A stretch of 64,000 bases of DNA. Origin: Acidobacteriota bacterium. GTDB lineage: Bacteria > Acidobacteriota > UBA890 > WLXD01. A model generated the notes under the pieces. That model saw only the letters and a list, made by a program, of their open reading frames with translations. It was not told where the DNA came from and did no database searches. Position numbers and translations under genes: made by a program. Below, in pieces: positions 1-10,216 of the stretch; position 1 is the first letter of the stretch, and each line of letters starts with the position of its first letter. The DNA lies in NCBI GenBank assembly GCA_963666215.2, contig CAXWPL010000002.1, positions 416,001 through 480,000 on the forward strand. The letters run 5' to 3'.

Positions 1-507
1 ACGCTGTTCGGGGCGACGTCCGATTCGCAGCTCTATCGCGAGATCCCGCCCGCAGGGTTGAGTGATCGCCGCGATCTTCTCGACGCGTCAGTCGCCCTCT
101 TGGGAAAGCCCTACCTGGCCTCGTGGGCTGTCCTCGACGAGGCCGTCGACGCCGCCGCCCGTCAGGTTGCGGAGCTCGAGCGCAGCCAGCTGCTGGTTGA
201 CGAAGAGCAGCGCAAACAGCAGATCGACGCCGCGGTTGCCAAGGTTGCGGACGTGTTCGACGGGGCGACTCGCGATCGCTGGCGCCGCCGGTTGGAGGAC
301 ACCGCGGAGCTGCTGCTGCTCGATGGCGAGCGTGATGATGCCACCGCCGCGTTCGCCGCCGCCGTGGCGTTTTCAGAACCGGGAGATCTCTACTCACGCC
401 ACCCGTTCGTGCGCGCGCTGGTGCAGCGCAGTGTTTGGATTTCTTATCAACGGTCTGAACGCGAGGAGTCCCGCCAATCGCGAGGCAGCCGTGTGGTGAT
501 GCCGTGA
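1..507 (+). CDS. Hypothetical protein, 5' truncated by window edge
   Basis: Frame open from base 1 to TGA at 505-507; GC3-rich codons; GTGA overlap with next gene. Confidence 0.7.
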   Translation, partial: TLFGATSDSQLYREIPPAGLSDRRDLLDASVALLGKPYLASWAVLDEAVDAAARQVAELERSQLLVDEEQRKQQIDAAVAKVADVFDGATRDRWRRRLEDTAELLLLDGERDDATAAFAAAVAFSEPGDLYSRHPFVRALVQRSVWISYQRSEREESRQSRGSRVVMP

Positions 508-1790
508 GCGTGCTCGACGCCAGGCGTCGAAAGCGCTCGACGCGGGCGGCCGGGGTGGTACCTGGTCCGCTGGTGGATCGTCGCAGCTTGCTGCGGGCGG
601 GGGGCCTCGGGGCCCTTGGGCTGGGTCTCGGCTGCCGCTCGACGCCCAACGCTCCGAGCGGTCCCGCCACGGCGCCGGCTAGTTCCACCGCGCCGGCAGT
701 GGGAGGAGCGGCGGGCGCGGGCTGGCGCGCGTGCAGGTGGCACCAGAACGTGAGATCCGCACCGTGGTCGGTCTGCGCCCGTTCCGTCGCAGCGGCTTCA
801 GGGTAGAGGCGGAGAGGCTCGACGAGCTGTTGGTTGTGTACAACTACGGGCACGGTGGCGCCGGCGTGACTCTGTCGTGGGGAACCTCGCACCTGGCCAT
901 GGAGCTGGCGCTTCAGGGTGACGCCGGAGGTTCTCGTAGCTGCGCCGTGCTGGGCTGTGGAGCCGTTGGGCTGGCGACCGCGCGGCTGATGCAGCGCCGC
1001 GGCTGGCGCGTCACCATCTACGCTCGTGAGCTGCCGCCCGACACGACATCGAACATCGCCGGAGCGCAGTGGCAGCCGCACGCGGTCTCCGATCCCGGCC
1101 AAACCGGGTCGGAGTACGAATTTTCCTTCGTACGCGCCGCGCGCCTGGCACATCGCTACTTCCAGACGATGCTCGGCTCGTACTACGGCGTTCGTTGTGT
1201 CGACAACTACATCGTCAGCACCACACCCATGCCGGCGCCTTGGTTCCCGGCTGGCACCGATGTCCTGCTATCCGTCGGCGCGCGCACTAAGCAGAGCGGA
1301 GCATCCGTTCGATGCGCCCTACGCGCGCGTGTTCACCACGATGCTTATCGAGCCTCAGATCTACCTGGACGCCCTCGTACGCGATTTCCTGCTGCATGGC
1401 GGGCACGTCGTTGTGCGCGAGATGCATGACCGCACGGAGCTCAAGAGCCTGGGCGAGCCCGTGGTCTTCAATTGCACGGGCTTGGGTGCGCGCGAGCTGT
1501 TCGATGATGGCGACATGGTTCCAATCAAGGGGCAGCTGACGTTTCTTCTGCCACAGCCCGAGGTCGACTACATCGTTCTCGCGCCGGGCGGCTTGTACAT
1601 GTTCCCACGCAGCGACGGCGTGCTACTCGGCGGTACCCATGAGCGCGGCGTGGAGACTCTCGACCCCGACCCCGACGCCAAGCGCCGCATCCTGGCCGGG
1701 CACGAGCGGCTCTTCGCCGGGCGCCAGCAGCAGCCACCTAGCCAGGGAGGGGAAGGGCTATACTCGATCCTCCCGCCGCAGCCTCGATGA
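504..1790 (+). pseudogene. FAD-dependent D-amino-acid oxidase-like protein with Tat/lipoprotein signal, split by two frameshifts
   Basis: Three consecutive frames give DRRSLLR...LGLGC; VGLRPFR, YNYGHGGAGVTLSWG and GCGAVG; then VFNCTGLGA, PIKGQL, LLGGT. Shifts at ~683-730 and ~1262-1270. Confidence 0.8.
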
Positions 1791-2647
1791 TAGGAAGGTC
1801 ACCGATGGCGCGCTTCTGGTCGCCACAGAGGTCGTACGGCTCGCTGCTTGCCGAGTCCGTCAGATCGTCACTCGAAGCACCATCCCGGCCCCGGAACACG
1901 ACTCGAGGGTCGAGACGCCGGCTTTGGGCCGGGTCGGCTTTGGTGACGCTTGTGGCGCTGGCGGGGTGCGAGGCCACGGATACGCTCGAGCTGGCCCGAA
2001 TCGCGGTCGACGAGAGGGATCGCGTCCGCGCCCTGGCTCTATATCAGCGCCATCTCGACACCAACAGCAACGACTTCGACGCGCGGCTCGAGTACACCCT
2101 GTTGCTGGGTGAGCACTGGGCCTTCAAGGGCGGCGACCGCGGGCCGATTCTGGAGAACCTCGAACTGCTGTACGAAGACCAGCCGGACAACGAGAAGATT
2201 CGCGGCTTTTACTCCACGATGCTCATCCGTGAGGGCCAGGCCGACGTCGAGGCGCAGCGTTACGAGGACGCCGAGCGGACCTACGACCTGGCAATCGACG
2301 TCCATCCGGACGTCGGCACGGCGCACTACTGGCAGGCGGTTCTCAACGCTGACAATCTGCGGCGACCCGACGTCGCGTTCGAGCATCTGGTTGCCGCCGC
2401 GGCCAAGCGGCCACCGATTCCGGACCTCTACTTACGGCTTGGCGACGCGTATCTGGAGCGCGGCGACGTGGATCGGTCGATCAACACGCTCGAGCTGGTC
2501 GAGCGGCTCAGCGGCACGTCGACCTACCTGATTCCTCGCATGCACTGCTCGCTGGCGCGCGCATTTCGCCGACGCGGCGACCCGTCGGCCGCTCGCATGC
2601 ACGCTGAGCTGGCCTCGGATGACTGCGCTGAGCAGACCGCTAGCTAG
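1787..2647 (+). CDS. TPR-repeat lipoprotein
   Basis: Lipobox LAGC after hydrophobic stretch; TPR-like helices (YEDAERTYDLAIDVHP, LYLRLGDAYLERGD). Confidence 0.75.
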   Translation: MIGRSPMARFWSPQRSYGSLLAESVRSSLEAPSRPRNTTRGSRRRLWAGSALVTLVALAGCEATDTLELARIAVDERDRVRALALYQRHLDTNSNDFDARLEYTLLLGEHWAFKGGDRGPILENLELLYEDQPDNEKIRGFYSTMLIREGQADVEAQRYEDAERTYDLAIDVHPDVGTAHYWQAVLNADNLRRPDVAFEHLVAAAAKRPPIPDLYLRLGDAYLERGDVDRSINTLELVERLSGTSTYLIPRMHCSLARAFRRRGDPSAARMHAELASDDCAEQTAS

Positions 2648-2680
2648 CAACCGCGCCAGATCGACGACCGGTCTGGCCGA

Positions 2681-2956
2681 TCAGGCGAAGGTGAGGGTGC
2701 CGGTCTCTTCGAACGGGGAGCGCTTGATCATGTCGATCGACTCCCACGGGCAGTAGCGGGCACAGAGAGTGCAGCCGATGCAGGTTTCCTTGTCGATCAG
2801 CACGTACTTTTCAGCCGGGTTGTCTTCCGGTTTCATGAGGTCGATGCAGTCGACAGGGCAGAAAACGATGCAGGCCTCGCAACCGGTGCAGTCGTCGCGC
2901 CTGACGATGGCCAGGATGTTCGAGCGCTTCTTGGGTCGCTTTGTTGTCTTGGCCAT
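2681..2956 (-). CDS. 2x[4Fe-4S] ferredoxin
   Basis: CTGCEACIVFCP and CIGCTLCARYCP motifs; ATG at 2956. Confidence 0.9.
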   Translation of the reverse strand: MAKTTKRPKKRSNILAIVRRDDCTGCEACIVFCPVDCIDLMKPEDNPAEKYVLIDKETCIGCTLCARYCPWESIDMIKRSPFEETGTLTFA

Positions 2957-3128
2957 CGAGGGGTTTTCCCAGAGAGAGCAGAACAAGCAAGAAACCGCGA
3001 CAAGAGCGGAAACCGCGAGAGGCGCGGCGCAAAGAAGGATATAACCACGGGGTTGACGCTACAAACCTCCGACCTTGCTCGGGGCAGAAGCGTCATAGAC
3101 CCGTGAGCAAGCGCTACCTATAATTCCC

Positions 3129-3959
3129 TTGGTAACGCAGCGAAACTCGAAGGCGGGTGCGTCGGTGAACCTACGGCCGGAAGGCTCCAGATACAGGAAG
3201 ATCAGTCTGCGCGACGAGCGCAGTCGTCGTTGGGCCAAGATGCGCCGCGAGCACGCGGACGACGCGTACCCGACCCCGCCGGGCACCGCGGCTGCAGTCG
3301 TTGCCGAATATCTGAACACGAACGAAGAACAGATCGAGCTCAAGTGGGCGGGTATAGCGGCTTTGGTCGTCCACTTCATCGTCTTCCTTCTCGTGGTGCC
3401 GAAGTCCTCGCTCGAGGCCTTCACGCCCGACCGCGCCGCGGCCATCATCGTCAAGAAGTTCAGCCCGCCGGCGCCGCCGGCCAAGTCGAAGAAGACCGCC
3501 AAAAAGAAGAAGACCAAGCCAATACCGATTCCTGATCCAACCCCCGACGATCCTGAGCCGGTTGAGCCCGAGGAGTCGGAGATCGACCTCGGCGAGATGT
3601 CGATGGAGTTCGTGCTTGGAGCGCCAGATGGCTCTCCGCAGGTCACGGGCGGGGCCCGTCGCGACGCTTTCAATGCCGGGGAGGGAGGCGTGATGCCTCC
3701 CACGATCGTGCGCAAGATCGATCCCGAATACACGCCCGACGCTACGCGGCGAGGCATCCAAGGCGAGGTTTGGATTGAAGCCGTGGTGAATATCGACGGA
3801 CGAGTCGTCGAGCCGAAGCTCCTGCGCGGGCTACCCGACGACGAGCTCAATCGACGGGCGATGGAGGCGATCCAGCGTTGGATCTTCAAGCCCGGCATGA
3901 AGGACGGTCGGCCTGTGGCGGTGATTGCCGTGTTCACCGTCACCTACCGCCTTCACTAG
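3129..3959 (+). CDS. TonB-family energy transducer
   Basis: TM helix, Pro/Lys-rich linker, TonB_C (PEYTPDATRRGIQGEV...WIFKPG); start uncertain. Confidence 0.85.
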   Translation: MVTQRNSKAGASVNLRPEGSRYRKISLRDERSRRWAKMRREHADDAYPTPPGTAAAVVAEYLNTNEEQIELKWAGIAALVVHFIVFLLVVPKSSLEAFTPDRAAAIIVKKFSPPAPPAKSKKTAKKKKTKPIPIPDPTPDDPEPVEPEESEIDLGEMSMEFVLGAPDGSPQVTGGARRDAFNAGEGGVMPPTIVRKIDPEYTPDATRRGIQGEVWIEAVVNIDGRVVEPKLLRGLPDDELNRRAMEAIQRWIFKPGMKDGRPVAVIAVFTVTYRLH

Positions 3960-4014
3960 GTCGTTTGCCAAGCATCCCCGGTCATCGCGTGAGCCCAGAC
4001 CGCTGAGCGCCTCA

Positions 4015-4842
4015 TTGTCAGCGTCGCTGTCGCGCCCGACGGCGCTCGAAGCGGCACGAACGCTGGCGACCGTGCTCGTGCTCTTGCTGATCCTGGTTAC
4101 GGCGGCACCGGCGGGCATTCTGCTTTCTATTCTCTTTTCCAGCGCACGGCCGCTGTTTGCCACGGCGTTCCCGTCGCTCCGGCTGCTGATTGGCGCCGCC
4201 GGCGTACGGCTCCGGGTGTCGGGGCGCGACCGTCTCGAGCCCGATCAGGCGTACGTTTTCGTGTGCAATCACCAGAGCAACGCCGATCCACCGATCGCGT
4301 TCCTGGTGATCCACCGGACTCTCGCGGTGCTGGCGAAGGCCTCGCTGTTCAAGCTTCCGGTCCTCGGCACGGTTTTCACCCGCGCCGGCTTCGTTCCCGT
4401 ACACCGCCGCGATCGCGAGCGCGCTATCGGGGCGGTTGAGCGCGCTGCCGCTGGGCTGCGGGGCGGAACTGACTTCCTGGTGTTTCCCGAGGGGACTCGC
4501 AGCCCCGATGGGCGGCTGCTGCCGTTCAAGAAGGGGCCCTTCGTGATGGCGATCGAGGCCGGCGTGCCGGTGGCGCCCATCGTGATAGCAGGTACGCGCG
4601 AGATTCAGCCCAAGGGCAGTTGGGTCATCCGCCCAGGGCGTGTTGACGTCACATTCCTCGACCCGATTCCCACTGCGGGGTTACAGTACGAAGACCGAGA
4701 TCAGCTGCTGCGGAGGGTGCGTGCAGCGATGTCGGCGGTCGTCGACAAGACTCTCGAAACCGCGATCGCGACGGCCGGCAAGACCGCTTCCGAACCAGGT
4801 CATGAAACCGCGAGTCCGGATCGCCGGCCGGACAATGCCTAG
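4015..4842 (+). CDS. plsC: 1-acyl-sn-glycerol-3-phosphate acyltransferase
   Basis: NHQSNAD, FPEGTRS, FKKG motifs; start uncertain. Confidence 0.88.
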   Translation: MSASLSRPTALEAARTLATVLVLLLILVTAAPAGILLSILFSSARPLFATAFPSLRLLIGAAGVRLRVSGRDRLEPDQAYVFVCNHQSNADPPIAFLVIHRTLAVLAKASLFKLPVLGTVFTRAGFVPVHRRDRERAIGAVERAAAGLRGGTDFLVFPEGTRSPDGRLLPFKKGPFVMAIEAGVPVAPIVIAGTREIQPKGSWVIRPGRVDVTFLDPIPTAGLQYEDRDQLLRRVRAAMSAVVDKTLETAIATAGKTASEPGHETASPDRRPDNA

Positions 4843-4902
4843 CTCCAGGAATCGACGGCGGAACCTCGAACCGGCACTCGCCGTGGCTGTTACAGTCCAG
4901 CC

Positions 4903-5547
4903 GTGAGCGACTCGCGAACCCACGAAACTGCACCCGAAGACGACGTGCCGCTGTCTGCACCCACGGTGGATCACGACGCCATGACCATCGCACTTGCCGA
5001 CTTTCTCAGCGCTGCCGGTCATCCCGAGCTCGCCGCGGGTCAGGCGCCGCGGCTTGCGGCCACGGCCTGGGCCGACGAGTTGCTGACCGGCTACACAACC
5101 GACCCGGTCTCGACTCTACTGCCGGCCTGGGATGACCACGCCGGCGAGCTCGTTTGTGTCACCGAAATCGCCTTCGTCTCGGTGTGTGCCCATCACATGC
5201 TGCCGTTCTTCGGCCGGGCTCACGTGGGTTATCTTCCCGGAACGCAGCTCACGGGCTTATCGAGGATCGAGGAGCTGGTGCGGTGCTTGTCGCGTCGCTG
5301 GCAGCTCCAGGAGAGGCTCGGAGAGGAGATCGTCGAGACGATCATGGCGGCGATCGATGCTCGTGGCGCGGCTTGCGTGATCGAGGCGGAGCACCTGTGC
5401 GCCTTCGCTCGGGGGAATCGACAACGCGGTGCGGTGACCCGCACGTTTGCCTTCCGCGGCGCCTTGCACGAGGATCGGCAGCTGCAGGAGCGCTGCCTGC
5501 GCTGGTTCGAGCGCGGAAACCAGGGCCCAACGCTCGCACAAGACTGA
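4903..5547 (+). CDS. folE: GTP cyclohydrolase I (divergent)
   Basis: SVCAHHMLPFFG, QLQERL, EAEHLC..RG. Confidence 0.8.
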   Translation: MSDSRTHETAPEDDVPLSAPTVDHDAMTIALADFLSAAGHPELAAGQAPRLAATAWADELLTGYTTDPVSTLLPAWDDHAGELVCVTEIAFVSVCAHHMLPFFGRAHVGYLPGTQLTGLSRIEELVRCLSRRWQLQERLGEEIVETIMAAIDARGAACVIEAEHLCAFARGNRQRGAVTRTFAFRGALHEDRQLQERCLRWFERGNQGPTLAQD

Positions 5548-5591
5548 ACAAGACGCACACGAAAAACCCAGCTCATGAGAGGTGACGACCC

Positions 5592-5780
5592 ATGCAAACG
5601 CCCACCGGAGTGGGAGTTAACGGAGAGCCCGACGATTTTGCCGCGCGCTACGACCGCTACGTCGTAGGTGGCGGCACCGGTTGGGTGATCGCAACGATCG
5701 CGGTTCTTCTGGCCTTGCTTGTCGTCGCCGCGGCCACCCGCGCGGGCCTCGGCATACTGATCGCGCAGCTTGGTGGTTAG
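5592..5780 (+). CDS. Small membrane protein
   Basis: GAGGTG RBS, one TM helix, directly upstream of the Lon-like gene. Confidence 0.55.
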   Translation: MQTPTGVGVNGEPDDFAARYDRYVVGGGTGWVIATIAVLLALLVVAAATRAGLGILIAQLGG

Positions 5781-5795
5781 GAGCGCGCGACGCCG

Positions 5796-8312
5796 ATGAG
5801 TGCTGACGACTTGCGACTGGGCGTTGCGCAGCTTAGGCGAGTGTGCGACCCCGCCTCGTTCCCGTTTGAAGACACGTCGTCTACGGTTCCGCTCGAGGAC
5901 ATCATTGGTCAGGACCGCGCGGTCAAGGCGCTGGAATTTGGTCTCGACATTTCCAGCTCGGGCTTCAACCTCTTCTTGGCGGGTCAGCCAGGGGTCGGAA
6001 AGACCACCATCCTCAAGCGTGTCCTGGAGCGCGTCGTCAAGGACCGGCCGGTCCCCGACGATATCGCCTACGTCCAGAACTTCGATGACCCCGACTCGCC
6101 CTGCGTGCTGACGCTGCCGGCGGGACGTGGCTCCAGCCTGCGCACGCATGTGGAGGAGTTCGTCGAAGATCTCAAAGAGCGCGTTCCCAAGGCCTTCGAG
6201 GGCAAGCAGTACGAGGAGCAGAAGCGGACGAACTCGGAGGCGCACCAGAAGAAGCGTCAGAAACTCATCGAGGGACTCGAGGGCGAGGCACGCGACCAAG
6301 GCTTCGAGATCAAGAACACTCCGATGGGGCTGCGCACAATCGCCGTGCAAGAGGACAAGCCGATCACGCCCGACGAATACCAGGCGATGGAAGACGATGC
6401 GCGTGGCGAGCTCGACGCCAAGATGGAGGAGCTCCAGAAACGCATCCGCGACGTGATGGCCGAGGTGAAGGAGGTCGAGCAGGCCCTCAAAGCGGACCTC
6501 AAAGACCTCAACCAGCAGGTCGCGATGAACGTCATCGGCGGCATGATGCACGACCTGCACCGGGAATACCGCGACCTCCCGGATGTGATCTCGCACCTCG
6601 ACCTCATGCAGGCCGACATTCTCAGCAACATCGACGACTTTCGCACTTCAGAAGAGCAGCAGTTGCCGATTCCCGGACTCAGGATGCAGTCCAGTGAGCC
6701 CGACCTGGCGCGCTATCAGGTCAATCTCATCGTCGACAACAGTGATCTGAAGGGCGCTCCCGTTGTTGTGGAGCGCAACCCGACATACCCGAATCTGATC
6801 GGCCGCATCGAGCGCCGCGCGCAGTTCGGCGCGCTGATCACCGACTTCACGATGATTCGCGCCGGCTCGCTGCTGAAGGCCAACGGCGGCTACCTCGTGC
6901 TCGACGTTGAAGACGTCCTGCGCAACCAGTTCGTGTACGACGCGCTCAAGCGCTCGCTGATGAACAAGGAGGCACGCATCGAGGACATCGCGGAGCGCTT
7001 TGGGATGTTCTCCGTGGCGACCTTGCGGCCCCGTCCGGTGCCCCTGCGCGTCAAGGTCTGTCTGACTGGCAACCCCCACTACTACCACATGCTGTTTGCC
7101 TACGATGAGGTCTTCCGCGAGATCTTCAAGGTGAAGGCCGACTTCGACTCGCAGGCCGATCGCACCGACGATGCCGAGGGCAAGTTCGGCGCCTTCATCG
7201 CCAGGCTCGTCGTGCGAGAAGATCTGCCGCACTTCCACCGCGGGGCGGTGGCGGCGGTCGTTGAGGAGTCCTCGCGCCTGGTCGAGGATCAGGAAAAGCT
7301 GTCGTTGCGGTTTGGGCAGGTGAACGATCTGATTCGCGAGGCCGCATATTGGGCTCAGAATCGCGGCGCCGAGAACGTCGAGGCCGCGGATGTGGAGCGC
7401 GCTGTCGAGGAGGCCGAGTACCGCTCGAGTCTCAGCAGGGAGCGCGTCCAGGACCTGATCCAGCGCAACGTTCTGAGGGTCGATACCGACGGCTGCAAGG
7501 TAGGGGAGATCAACGGCTTGGCGGTTCATATGCTCGGCGACTACCTCTTCGGCCGCCCGAGCAAGATCAGCGCTACGGTGCATCTGGGCCGCGAAGGCGT
7601 CATGAACATCGAGCGACGCGTCCAGCTCTCCCACAGCACACACGACAAGGGCGTGCTCATTTTCGGGGGCTTCCTTGGCGAGCGCTTCGCGCAGGATCAG
7701 CCGTTGACGCTATCGGCGGCTATCGCCTTCGAGCAGTCCTACGGCGAGATTTCCGGCGATTCCGCCTCCTCAACCGAGCTCTACGTCCTCCTCTCGGCTC
7801 TTTCGGGGATTCCGATCAAACAAGGGATCGCGGTCACCGGATCGGTGAATCAAAAGGGCGACGTGCAGGCGATCGGTGGGGTGAATCACAAGATCGAAGG
7901 CTTCTTCGATATCTGCGATGAGCGTGGCCTCACCGGCGACCAGGGCGTCATGATTCCGCAGGCGAATGTCCAGAATCTGATGCTGCGACAGCGCGTCATC
8001 GACGCTGTGGAGGCCGGCAAGTTCCACATCTGGTCGGTCGAGCACGTCGATCAGGGCATCGAGATCCTCACTGGCGTGCCGGCGGGAACCCTCGAGCCTT
8101 GTGAAGCCGGGGGCGACGGCGACGCCAACCGTAAGAGTTGGGCACCCGACTCCATCAACGGGCTCGTCGCTGCTCGTCTGCGCAAGCTCGGCAAGCAGCT
8201 CACGAGCTGGAGCCGGGAGGCGAAACAGCCGAGCGCTGAGATCGTGTCGCCAAGCGAGGGAGCGACCGAGCAACCGCCGCCGCCTATGCCGCCGCGGGGG
8301 CCTTGCGAGTAG
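5796..8312 (+). CDS. Lon-like (LonC-type) protease with AAA module and coiled-coil insert
   Basis: GQPGVGKTT, GDSASSTELY (Ser), AIGGVNHKIEG (Lys). Confidence 0.9.
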   Translation: MSADDLRLGVAQLRRVCDPASFPFEDTSSTVPLEDIIGQDRAVKALEFGLDISSSGFNLFLAGQPGVGKTTILKRVLERVVKDRPVPDDIAYVQNFDDPDSPCVLTLPAGRGSSLRTHVEEFVEDLKERVPKAFEGKQYEEQKRTNSEAHQKKRQKLIEGLEGEARDQGFEIKNTPMGLRTIAVQEDKPITPDEYQAMEDDARGELDAKMEELQKRIRDVMAEVKEVEQALKADLKDLNQQVAMNVIGGMMHDLHREYRDLPDVISHLDLMQADILSNIDDFRTSEEQQLPIPGLRMQSSEPDLARYQVNLIVDNSDLKGAPVVVERNPTYPNLIGRIERRAQFGALITDFTMIRAGSLLKANGGYLVLDVEDVLRNQFVYDALKRSLMNKEARIEDIAERFGMFSVATLRPRPVPLRVKVCLTGNPHYYHMLFAYDEVFREIFKVKADFDSQADRTDDAEGKFGAFIARLVVREDLPHFHRGAVAAVVEESSRLVEDQEKLSLRFGQVNDLIREAAYWAQNRGAENVEAADVERAVEEAEYRSSLSRERVQDLIQRNVLRVDTDGCKVGEINGLAVHMLGDYLFGRPSKISATVHLGREGVMNIERRVQLSHSTHDKGVLIFGGFLGERFAQDQPLTLSAAIAFEQSYGEISGDSASSTELYVLLSALSGIPIKQGIAVTGSVNQKGDVQAIGGVNHKIEGFFDICDERGLTGDQGVMIPQANVQNLMLRQRVIDAVEAGKFHIWSVEHVDQGIEILTGVPAGTLEPCEAGGDGDANRKSWAPDSINGLVAARLRKLGKQLTSWSREAKQPSAEIVSPSEGATEQPPPPMPPRGPCE

Positions 8313-8401
8313 GGCGGTAGTCCGTCCGCGAGCTTTCAGATACGAGCAGAGGCCCCGGTGCTGTGGTCCAGTCGCTCGCTCGGCGTCGGGGTCGGTCGAA
8401 G

Positions 8402-8806
8402 CTAGTCGACGCGCAGCTTGCCGCTGGGCGCAACGCCGACGCCGCGTTCCATCTCGCCCTCCGAAGACTCCGCTCCGGATAGAGCCGCTTCTTCTTCGGT
8501 ACGGGCAGCGATGTCGAGGATTGACGGCCGCCCGCCGCCCGCTTGGTCTGTTTGGTGTGCCCGATCGAGGTGCTCCTTGAGCGCCTTGAGCTCGCGGAAA
8601 GGCAGATGGCGCTTGGGCCCCTTGTCAGGAACACGGCCGAGGGCAATATCGAGAGCGCAGGTGGCGGCGTGGACGGCGTCGTCGAGTTGCTGCAGCGCCT
8701 GGTGCAGTACGACCAATGTTTCGCCGGGAGCGGCGACAGGTTGGTGGTCGCCGGCTCTGAAGACGGGTTCGAGAGTTTCGACAAGGTCCGACTTGCTCGA
8801 CGGCAT
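8402..8806 (-). CDS. Hypothetical helical protein
   Basis: ORF with RBS-like GGAAG and typical codon bias. Confidence 0.55.
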   Translation of the reverse strand: MPSSKSDLVETLEPVFRAGDHQPVAAPGETLVVLHQALQQLDDAVHAATCALDIALGRVPDKGPKRHLPFRELKALKEHLDRAHQTDQAGGGRPSILDIAARTEEEAALSGAESSEGEMERGVGVAPSGKLRVD

Positions 8807-8944
8807 GGGAGGCTTCCTCGAGAGCACGCGACGTGGGCCGATCGGTGGCGGTCAGAGTCTCAGCGCCGATTCTAGAGAGATGGCCGGTCTCGGCACGAAG
8901 CCCTTTCTGGCGGGCAGCCACCAGATGCGTCCTCGATGACGGGC

Positions 8945-10216
8945 CTACTGTCCCCGTTCCGCCGCCTTCGGCTCGGCCTTCCATAGCTGCCCTTCGCTGG
9001 AGGCCACGATCACAGCGGCCGACGCGTCGCCGGTGATGTTGGTGGCTGTGCGCAGCATGTCGAGAATGCGATCGACGCCGAGGATGAGCGCAATGCCCTC
9101 CAGCGGCAGGCCCAGCTGCTCCAGAACCAGCGCCAACGTGATGATCCCGGCTCCGGGAACACCCGCGGCACCAATCGAGGCCAGCGTCGCCATCAGAACG
9201 ATTGTGAGCTGGCCGCCGAGGCCGAGCTCGAGCCCGTAGACCTGGGCGATGAAGACCGTGGCCACACCCTGGTAGAGCGCAGTGCCGTCGAGGTTGATGG
9301 TCGCGCCGAGCGGCAGCACAAACGCCGAGATCTGCTCCGACACACCGAGATCATGCGTTGTGTGGTGCATCGTCACGGGCAGCGTTGCGCTGCTCGAAGA
9401 AGTCGAGAACCCGATGAGTTGCGCCGGGCGGATGCCGCGAAAGAAGCGGCGCAGCGACATGCCGGCGAACAGTCGCACGGCGGTGGCGTAGACGAGCATG
9501 ACGTGCAGGAAAAGCCCGGCGGCCACGCACAGCGCGTAGGCGAGCAGCACACGCAGGATGTCCACCCCGAACTGCCCGATGGCCGAAGCGATCAGCGCCA
9601 TGACCCCGATCGGCGCAAGCTTCATGACGATGTGCATGATCTGGATCATCGCCTCGTTGACTCCATCAAAGAACACCAGCACCTGCTCGCTGTGTTCCTT
9701 CTTCGGAATCAGGGTCAGCGCGACGCCGAACAGCAGGGCGAAGAAGATGATCTGCAGAAAAACGCCGTCGGCCATGGCGGCGGCGGGATTCGTGGGCACC
9801 ACCTGAAGGAGCGTGTCGGTGACACTGGGAGCCTGCTCACTCAGCCGGTCGATGGCTCCACCGCTCTGCGCCCCGGCGTCGGCCAGCAGCCGTTGCTGGG
9901 TGGCCTCATCGATGCCCTTGCCGGGCTCCACGACGTTGGCGATGACCAACCCGATGGTGATCGCGATCGCTGTGGTGCACAGGTAGTACGCCATCGTCTT
10001 GCCGCCGATGCGCCCGAGCTTCTTGGGGTCGCCGAGCATCGCCGTGCCAACCAGCAGCGACGAGAAGATCAGCGGCACGACAACCATGCGGATCAGCCGC
10101 AGGAATAGATCTCCGATCGGTCGGATTGCCGCGGCCGACTCACCGAAGATAACGCCGACGGCGATCCCCACCGCCATGCCGATGGCGATCCAGGTGGGCA
10201 AGGAGAGCTTCTTCAC
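8945..10216 (-). CDS. Dicarboxylate/amino acid:cation symporter (DAACS)
   Basis: FSTSSSSATLP, GATINLDGTALY, GVDRILDM. Confidence 0.92.
   Translation of the reverse strand: MKKLSLPTWIAIGMAVGIAVGVIFGESAAAIRPIGDLFLRLIRMVVVPLIFSSLLVGTAMLGDPKKLGRIGGKTMAYYLCTTAIAITIGLVIANVVEPGKGIDEATQQRLLADAGAQSGGAIDRLSEQAPSVTDTLLQVVPTNPAAAMADGVFLQIIFFALLFGVALTLIPKKEHSEQVLVFFDGVNEAMIQIMHIVMKLAPIGVMALIASAIGQFGVDILRVLLAYALCVAAGLFLHVMLVYATAVRLFAGMSLRRFFRGIRPAQLIGFSTSSSSATLPVTMHHTTHDLGVSEQISAFVLPLGATINLDGTALYQGVATVFIAQVYGLELGLGGQLTIVLMATLASIGAAGVPGAGIITLALVLEQLGLPLEGIALILGVDRILDMLRTATNITGDASAAVIVASSEGQLWKAEPKAAERGQ

Noticed and set aside
9280-9310. NLDG instead of NMDG in the DAACS transporter
   Set aside because: NLDG is normal in DctA/GltP-type members.
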